Shown here piece by piece: positions 38,649 through 45,043 of a DNA stretch of 45,043 nt. Below the pieces are notes generated by a model that was given only the letters and a program-made list of their open reading frames with translations, was not told the DNA's origin and searched no databases. The position numbers and the translations under genes are program-made. Source of the stretch: Gemmatimonadaceae bacterium (GTDB lineage Bacteria; Gemmatimonadota; Gemmatimonadetes; Gemmatimonadales; Gemmatimonadaceae); NCBI GenBank assembly GCA_040902005.1, contig JBBDYA010000006.1:1-45043 (forward strand). The letters run 5' to 3'. Position 1 is the stretch's first letter. The number at the start of each line of letters is the position of its first letter.

Positions 38649-39074
38649 ATGGCCAAGGCAGCGCTCAAGACGAAGCCCACGAAGGTCAGCGTCAGCAGCT
38701 TTCTCGCCAAGCAGGAGAAGGAGCGCCGGCGAGAATGTGAGACCGTCGCGAAGATCATGAAAACAGCCACGGGCGCACAGCCGCGCATGTGGGGGCCCAG
38801 CATCGTGGGGTTCGGCACGTATCACTACTCGTATGCCAGTGGGCGCGAGGGGGAGTGGATGGTGACGGGCTTCTCACCACGCAAGAGCGACCTGACGCTG
38901 TACCTCATGCCCAGCGTCAACACATTCCCGTCACTGCTGAAGCGCCTTGGCAAGCACAAGACGGGAAAGTCGTGCCTGTACATCCGGAAGCTCGACGACG
39001 TGGACATCGACGTGCTGACGGAGCTGGTAAAGCAGTCCGTCGCGCGCATGGCCGACAAGCGAACTGACCGGTAG
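38649..39074 (+). CDS. DUF1801 (YdhG-like) protein
   Basis: MWGPSIVGFG.YHY, GFSPRK and LGKHKTGKSCLYI. Confidence 0.9.
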   Translation: MAKAALKTKPTKVSVSSFLAKQEKERRRECETVAKIMKTATGAQPRMWGPSIVGFGTYHYSYASGREGEWMVTGFSPRKSDLTLYLMPSVNTFPSLLKRLGKHKTGKSCLYIRKLDDVDIDVLTELVKQSVARMADKRTDR

Positions 39075-39108
39075 CTGCTGACCCGAAACCGACACCACAA
39101 CCCCACCC

Positions 39109-40449
39109 ATGGTCGACACGATCACGCAGTGGAACGGCTGGCTGAACGGCATCGTCTGGGGACCGCCGATGCTCATCCTGCTCATGGGCACGGGCGTCCT
39201 GCTCACGATCATCACGGGCGCCGTGCAGTTCCGCCACCTGCATACGGCGCTGCGTGAGGTGCTCGGCAAGATCCTCCACAAGGGGCATGGCGAAGGCAGC
39301 GTCTCCCCGTTCCAGGCGGTGGCCACCGCGCTCGCGTCCACGGTCGGCGTCGGCAACATCGCCGGCGTTGCCACGGCGCTCATGCTGGGCGGACCGGGCG
39401 CGCTCTTCTGGCTGTGGGTGTCGGGCATCCTGGGCATGGCCACCAAGTTCTCCGAGATCGTGGTGGCGCTGCATTATCGCGAGCGCGACGCGAATGGCGT
39501 GATGCGCGGCGGCGCGATGTACACGCTGAAGAAGAAGGGGCTGGGCTGGCTGGGCGGCATCTTCGCGGCGTTCACCGCCCTCGCCGCCTTCGGCATCGGC
39601 AACATGGTGCAGGCCAACTCCGTGGCGCAGAGCCTGGAAGCCAGCTTCGGGCTCTCCCCCATGATCGTTGGGATCGCGCTGGTGGTCGCCGCCGGCGCGG
39701 TGATCGTCGGCGGCATCAAGCGGATCGCGGCGTTCGCCGCCATCCTGGTCCCCTACATGGCGGTCATCTACCTCACCGGCGGCATCATCGTCATCCTGCT
39801 GAATGCCGGAGCGATACCGGCCGCGCTCGGCCTGGTGTTCGAGGGCGCGTTCACCGGCACCGCCGCGACCGGCGGGTTCGCGGGCGCCACGATCATGCTG
39901 GCCATGCGGTTCGGCGTCGCGCGCGGACTGTTCTCGAACGAGGCCGGTCTCGGCAGCGCGCCGCTCGTGCACGCCACCGCCACGACAGACCATCCCGTTC
40001 GCCAGGGCATGTACGGCATCTTCGAGGTCTTCGTCGACACCATTCTGATCTGCACGGTGACGGGGCTCGCGATCCTGGTGACGGGAGCGTGGGACGATGG
40101 GCCGACCGGCGCGGCGCTCACCGCGCGCGCCTTTCAACTGGGGCTGCCGGGCGCCTGGGGTGACATCGTCGTGACCAGCAGTCTCGTGCTGTTCGCCTTC
40201 TCCACGATTATCGGCTGGAGCTATTACGGCGAAACGGGAGTCGTCTACCTGCTGGGCGCGCGGGCGGCGGTTCCCTACCGGGTGGCGTGGCTGGTGTTCA
40301 TCTACCTTGGCGCGATCGGTTCGCTGCACCTGGTCTGGGACGTGGCCGACACGCTCAACGGCCTGATGGCGATTCCCAACCTCGTGTCCGTCCTGATCTG
40401 CATTCCACTGATCCGGCAACTGCAGAGGGAGTTTTTCGAGCGGCAATAG
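39109..40449 (+). CDS. Sodium:alanine/glycine symporter (AGCS family)
   Basis: GVGNIAGVA, GGPGALFW, RGLFSNEAGLGSAP and EVFVDT. Confidence 0.95.
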   Translation: MVDTITQWNGWLNGIVWGPPMLILLMGTGVLLTIITGAVQFRHLHTALREVLGKILHKGHGEGSVSPFQAVATALASTVGVGNIAGVATALMLGGPGALFWLWVSGILGMATKFSEIVVALHYRERDANGVMRGGAMYTLKKKGLGWLGGIFAAFTALAAFGIGNMVQANSVAQSLEASFGLSPMIVGIALVVAAGAVIVGGIKRIAAFAAILVPYMAVIYLTGGIIVILLNAGAIPAALGLVFEGAFTGTAATGGFAGATIMLAMRFGVARGLFSNEAGLGSAPLVHATATTDHPVRQGMYGIFEVFVDTILICTVTGLAILVTGAWDDGPTGAALTARAFQLGLPGAWGDIVVTSSLVLFAFSTIIGWSYYGETGVVYLLGARAAVPYRVAWLVFIYLGAIGSLHLVWDVADTLNGLMAIPNLVSVLICIPLIRQLQREFFERQ

Positions 40450-40661
40450 ACGCGCGGTCGGGTTCTGTTGACTCCGCCTGGGCGACGAGCGGCTTGATGT
40501 GATGGAGGTCCTCCTTGCGAGGTGATGTACCGCACCGCAGCGTTTCCGTCCGGCCGCCCATGGTCACGGAGCAGTAGATCTCCCTCGCGTCACCGCCGTG
40601 CCTGCCTTAGTGTTAGGGATGGCGCGATGTGGCGCCAGCCCGCCTCAGGAGCACTCCAGTC

Positions 40662-42098
40662 ATGAATCGCGTTCGCTCTATCGCCATCCTTGGCGTGATC
40701 GGCCTTGCCGCGTGCGCTGAACCGCCCGTTTCGCCAATTCCATCCGCCGCGGCGCATCTCGTTACCCGGTCCATTCAGGGTGCCGGCGACGGCTATGTCA
40801 TCATTGGTAAGTCCGAGAAGCTTCCCTCGACCCTCGCGGCGGACGTCGCGGCGGCGGGCGGGGTACTCGTTTCCAGCCATCCGGACATCGGAGTTGCGTA
40901 CGCGCAATCCTCGTCCACGAACTTCCGCCGGTCGCTATCGAAGCACGGCGCCATCGAGTCCGTGACTCCCGACCACGTTCTCGAGTGGGTCAGCCCCACC
41001 GCGGCCCGCGAAAGCGCAGACGTCTCGGCCGAGGTAGCCAGCATCGGCGACAACGAAGGGTTGTACCCGCTCCAGTGGGCTCCGGCCGCGGTACAGGCCC
41101 CCGAAGCCTGGAACGCCGGATACACAGGTCGAGGCGTCCGCGTCGCAATTCTCGACGGCGGAATTCACAGTGCCCACATCGATCTCGCGTCGAACCTCGA
41201 TGTGGCCGCATCGAAATCGTTCGCCGAGGGGGCGTACAACGAGGACGTTGGCACGTTCTGGCACGGAACGCACGTCGCCGGCATCGTTGCGGCGGCGGAC
41301 AACTCGTTCGGCACGATCGGCATCGCGCCGAACGCCACGCTCATCGGCGTGAAGGTGCTGCACAATGGGTCGGGCGCCTTCAGCTGGATCATCAATGGCA
41401 TCATGTACGCGGGCACGCCGCAATCCGAGGGCGGCGCCGGCGCGAACATCATCAACATGAGCCTTGGGGCGAAACTCGATGACAAGGACAAGGAGACGAA
41501 GGCGGACATTCGCGAGCTGAAGAAAGCGGTGGATCGCGCGATGAAGTACGCGCATCAGCGTGGAACCACGATCATCGTATCAGCGGGCAATGGTGGCCTG
41601 AACTACGATGACGAGAAGAACCTGTTCAAGACGCCGGCGCAGAATGACTACGCGATCTCGGTCTCGGCGACCGGCCCGCACGGTTGGGCGCTGGGCGCCA
41701 GTAACTTCGAGCGTCCCACGTACTACACGGACCATGGCAAATCACTCGTGACGCTCGCGGCTCCGGGCGGCACGGATGGACTCTTCGTGGTGGACGGCGT
41801 GGATCAACTCTGTGTCGTGGGCGGCATCCAGCGCTTCTGCGAGGTGTTCGACATGGTCTTCAGCACTGTCCGGGGCGGTGCGTCATCGACTGGCGCATAC
41901 AACTGGGCGTACGGTACGAGCATGGCCGCGCCAATGGTGTCCGGCATCGCCGCGCTGATCATCGAGAAGAACGGCGGCCGCATGCATCCGGAGCAGGTAC
42001 GTACACGACTGGAGCAGTCGGCGCTGGATCTCGGCAAGCCGGGGAATGACAAGTACTACGGAGGTGGCTGGGTGAACGCGCTCCGCGCCATTCAGTAG
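40662..42098 (+). CDS. S8 subtilisin-like serine peptidase, lipoprotein
   Basis: LAAC lipobox; catalytic triad motifs ILDGG, HGTHVAG and GTSMAAP. Confidence 0.95.
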   Translation: MNRVRSIAILGVIGLAACAEPPVSPIPSAAAHLVTRSIQGAGDGYVIIGKSEKLPSTLAADVAAAGGVLVSSHPDIGVAYAQSSSTNFRRSLSKHGAIESVTPDHVLEWVSPTAARESADVSAEVASIGDNEGLYPLQWAPAAVQAPEAWNAGYTGRGVRVAILDGGIHSAHIDLASNLDVAASKSFAEGAYNEDVGTFWHGTHVAGIVAAADNSFGTIGIAPNATLIGVKVLHNGSGAFSWIINGIMYAGTPQSEGGAGANIINMSLGAKLDDKDKETKADIRELKKAVDRAMKYAHQRGTTIIVSAGNGGLNYDDEKNLFKTPAQNDYAISVSATGPHGWALGASNFERPTYYTDHGKSLVTLAAPGGTDGLFVVDGVDQLCVVGGIQRFCEVFDMVFSTVRGGASSTGAYNWAYGTSMAAPMVSGIAALIIEKNGGRMHPEQVRTRLEQSALDLGKPGNDKYYGGGWVNALRAIQ

Positions 42099-42121
42099 CT
42101 CGTCGCACGACTCGGTACGAC

Positions 42122-42156
42122 AACGGCCCGCGCATTTCGCGCGGGCCGTTTTTTTA
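42122..42156 (+). terminator. Rho-independent terminator
   Basis: AACGGCCCGCGC-loop-GCGCGGGCCGTT followed by a T-run. Confidence 0.88.
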
Positions 42157-42171
42157 TCGCCGCAGGGATCG

Positions 42172-42708
42172 CTACCTCGAATAGATCGATACGCCAAAGA
42201 GCGCGTTCAGATTCAGCCGCTCCGACGCATCGTTGTACGAGACATTCGCCTCGGCGCGGCCGGCCGCCCGGCCGTTCAGGATCGGGCGCTTCACGCCCAC
42301 GCCGGCGCCAACGGTGAGCGCCGCGTCACCCCCGCCCGACCCGTCCGCGATTTGGAGGAACGGGCGCAGAAAGAGCTGCTGCATCGTCCGATCGGCGCTG
42401 CGATGAAACAGAACGCCGACTCCAATCGTGTATGCCGAGAAACCGGTCGCCCCCTCGCTGCCGACTGAAAACCAGTTGAATACCGGCTCGATCGACACCG
42501 TGGGCGTGGTGAAGTAACCGGCGCGCACCAGAAAGGCGGGGATGGTGAGCGATACGAATCGGGGGTCGTCCAGGCCGAGGGTCAGGGCCGCATCGGTTCC
42601 AAACTCCCAGTAGCCGCTCGCTGCCGCCCCTGCCCGCTGCGCGGACGCCGTTGAAGCGGAAAGGGCCAGGGCGAGTACCGCGAGACCTGCCAGTCGTGCG
42701 TGACGCAT
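42172..42708 (-). CDS. Small outer-membrane beta-barrel protein
   Basis: Signal peptide ending ASAQ; about 8 amphipathic strands; aromatic residue near the C-terminus. Confidence 0.72.
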   Translation of the reverse strand: MRHARLAGLAVLALALSASTASAQRAGAAASGYWEFGTDAALTLGLDDPRFVSLTIPAFLVRAGYFTTPTVSIEPVFNWFSVGSEGATGFSAYTIGVGVLFHRSADRTMQQLFLRPFLQIADGSGGGDAALTVGAGVGVKRPILNGRAAGRAEANVSYNDASERLNLNALFGVSIYSR

Positions 42709-42861
42709 TTGGTTCTCCACAGGGAAGGGATTGCCGTGCCGAATCAGCGGCGCCGTCGCCGCGAATAGGACGAACGGGTGCGCCGGGGCGTCATTCCCCG
42801 GCCTGTGACCCACCGCACGTTTCTCTAGTGGGCGCCCGCGCCCGCGCTTACACTGGAAGGC

Positions 42862-43134
42862 ATGTCACGGGCGTTCGTGAACGAAGACGCGGGGGGCGGC
42901 GGACCGCGCCGCGATTATCACCTGCCGGAGCGGAATGCTCCGGACTTCGATCGCGTCGCTGCTTCCGTCCTGCTGGAAGCCGCCCGCGCGGGCGAAACGG
43001 CGAGCGCGGAGGAGGCCACGGGCTACCTGTGGGGCGAGCCGGCACTTGCCGCGCACGTGCGCCGTGTTCTCCGGGAAGCGAAGGCCAGCGGTGATGAACG
43101 ACTCGAGCAACTCGCCCGCCGATTCCTGGGATGA
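42862..43134 (+). CDS. Small protein with MSRAFVNED N-terminus (as in some GreA/GreB-like proteins)
   Basis: GGAAGG RBS; ATGA coupling to the next gene. Confidence 0.65.
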   Translation: MSRAFVNEDAGGGGPRRDYHLPERNAPDFDRVAASVLLEAARAGETASAEEATGYLWGEPALAAHVRRVLREAKASGDERLEQLARRFLG

Positions 43135-43973
43135 CCCTCCGCCACTCTCTCGCCAGACTGCGACCCCACATGTGGCTCCTCATCGCGGGCGTCCTCGCGG
43201 TCACGCTGGTGATCTGGTACTCCATCCGGCCCAGCAGCGACCGGCAGTGGATTCCCGAGCAGGCCGAGATGGCCAGCGCGACGTTCACGGCCGACACCGT
43301 GGCGATCCGGAACATCCGCAATTTCACCTATACCGCGCGCGGCGAGTTCCAGCCCGCCTACGCGGATCGGACGTACGACCTGAACGCCCTGACGTCCGTG
43401 TGGTACGTGCTGACGCCGTTCTCGCGCAACTGGCGCGGCCCGGCACACAGCTTCGTGAGCTTCGGATTCTCGGACGGCGAATACGTGGCCATTTCGGTGG
43501 AGGCGCGGCGGCAACCGGGCGAGGTATACGACGCGGTGAAAGGGCTGTTCAAGCGGTTCGAGCTGATCTACGTGGTAGGGGACGAGCGGGATCTCATCGG
43601 ACAGCGCGCGGCGTTCGGCAGCGATCCGGTGCACCTGTACCCCGTGCGCACCACGCCGGAGAAGATGCGCGCGCTGTTCGTCGGCATGCTGGAGCGCGCC
43701 AACCAGCTGCGCGAGCAGCCGGAGTTCTACAACACCCTGACCAACAACTGCACGTCGAACGTGGTCGCGCACGTGAACCGCATCACGCCCAGGAAGGTGC
43801 CATCCGGGCTCAAGACCATCCTGCCCGGCTACACCGACGAGGTGGCGCTGCGGCTTGGTCTCATCGACACGGAGCTGGATATCGCGCGAGCGCGCGAGCA
43901 GTATCGCATCAACGACCGGGCCCGCCGCTTCATTGGCGACCCGGCATTCTCCGCGCGCATCCGGGGCTTGTAG
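43131..43973 (+). CDS. DUF4105 (Lnb N-terminal-like) protein
   Basis: NIRNFTY, AHSFVSFGF, ISVEAR and FYNTLTNNCTSN. Confidence 0.88.
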   Translation: MTLRHSLARLRPHMWLLIAGVLAVTLVIWYSIRPSSDRQWIPEQAEMASATFTADTVAIRNIRNFTYTARGEFQPAYADRTYDLNALTSVWYVLTPFSRNWRGPAHSFVSFGFSDGEYVAISVEARRQPGEVYDAVKGLFKRFELIYVVGDERDLIGQRAAFGSDPVHLYPVRTTPEKMRALFVGMLERANQLREQPEFYNTLTNNCTSNVVAHVNRITPRKVPSGLKTILPGYTDEVALRLGLIDTELDIARAREQYRINDRARRFIGDPAFSARIRGL

Positions 43974-44122
43974 CGACCCGCGTGGCGTTCGTGCCGCCCA
44001 GGTGCCGTTCGTAACACGCACCGGACCCGCGCCCCCCGGCAGCCGTACTACAGGGCAGAACACCTCGGTCGAGTGCGCGCCATTCCGACGCGGCGACGGT
44101 GAGGTGCCTTGTGGAGAGAACC

Positions 44123-44632
44123 ATGCGCAAGAACATCATCGTTGGACTAGGATTGGCGCTTTCGCTCGCCGGCTCGGCGGCCGCGCAGCAGGGCGAGAAG
44201 CAGGGGCGCGAACGCGGCGCCGAACGCGGCGGCGACCAGCGGGGTCCGGGCATGCGCTCTGACCGCGGCGGACCCGACGGCTTGCTGCTCAAGGGCATCA
44301 CCCTGACCGAAGGACAGCGAGCGCAGATCGCGCAGCTGCGCAAGACGCAGCGCGAGCAGATGGCCACGGATCGTCCGGGGCAGGCGCGCGGTGGCGACAT
44401 GCGGGGCGGGGGGGCGCGCCAGCAGGGCGACACGGTGGCCGTTCGCGCGGCCATGCAGAAGAACCGTCAGGTCATGGAGCAGCAGCGCGCGCAGCACACC
44501 GCCGCGATCCGCGGCATCCTGACCGCCGACCAGCGGGTGCAGTTCGACAAGAACGTCGCCGAGCTGAATGCGCGTGAAGCCCAGCGCGCGGAGCGCGTCG
44601 GCAAGCGCGGCCCGGGCAAGTCTGGTCGCTAA
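44123..44632 (+). CDS. Spy/CpxP family periplasmic chaperone
   Basis: Signal peptide; LTEGQ and ILTADQR (LTxxQ) motifs. Confidence 0.85.
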   Translation: MRKNIIVGLGLALSLAGSAAAQQGEKQGRERGAERGGDQRGPGMRSDRGGPDGLLLKGITLTEGQRAQIAQLRKTQREQMATDRPGQARGGDMRGGGARQQGDTVAVRAAMQKNRQVMEQQRAQHTAAIRGILTADQRVQFDKNVAELNAREAQRAERVGKRGPGKSGR

Positions 44633-44647
44633 GGATCCTAAGGAAGC

Positions 44648-45005
44648 TCACCCGGACAACCCGAGCTTTTTCTCCAACGCTTCCAATCGAGAGCGGCTGA
44701 CGCGCAAGCGCCGGCCGCTCTTGAGCTGCACCTCGTAGTCGCCGCCCGCGCCCTTGTGCAGCGTCTCGATGAGATCCAGACGCACGATCACGGACCGGTG
44801 GACCCGAGTGAACGTGTCGGGATCCAGCCGGTCCTCGAGGTTCTGCATCGCCTCGCGAATCACGTATTTCCGCTCGCCGGAATACAGCTCCGCGTACGGC
44901 CCGCTGGCGATGATGAAGTCGATGTCACCCACCGGCACCACGCGCACCTTGCCGCGCATCTCCACGGGAATCCGCTGCATGTACTCGCTGCGACCGTCCG
45001 CGAGG
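44648..45005 (-). CDS. LytTR DNA-binding domain of a response regulator (5' part outside the window or lost in poly-G)
   Basis: IDFIIASGPY, LDPDTFTRVHRSVIV and LRVSRSR. Confidence 0.88.
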
Positions 45006-45007
45006 GA

Positions 45008-45043
<36 letters not shown>

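Noticed and set aside
40450..40661. Riboswitch near the alanine/glycine symporter
   Set aside because: It lies downstream of the symporter and shows no recognisable aptamer motif.

Overview
GC-rich bacterial window; the gene content suggests Gemmatimonadota, but this is an inference. (1) 1-7 kb is an accessory region. An integron integrase lies co-directional with its cassettes (inverted layout), followed by a putative attI, a ~2.95-kb Ser/Thr kinase-beta-propeller cassette closed by a textbook attC, and a VOC cassette cut off by an IS481-like end. Next come a PIN-type toxin-antitoxin pair and a phase-locked 20 x 21-bp dyad repeat array upstream of an uncharacterised helical protein. (2) 9.3-29.8 kb is a redox island. 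A four-gene porin-multiheme cytochrome operon (about 9, 20 and 16 heme motifs) is divergent from an operon encoding a Tat-exported NapA-like enzyme whose Mo-ligand Cys is replaced by Tyr, a pentaheme double-NapB-like protein, a tetraheme lipoprotein, NrfC/NrfD-like subunits and an SPFH protein. A complete ccmABCDEFGH operon follows. (3) 30-45 kb holds ordinary genes (5'-3' exonuclease, ABC permease, dinB, rhomboid, M28 and S8 peptidases, alanine symporter and others) plus two palindromic repeats. Poly-G tracts look like sequencing artefacts.
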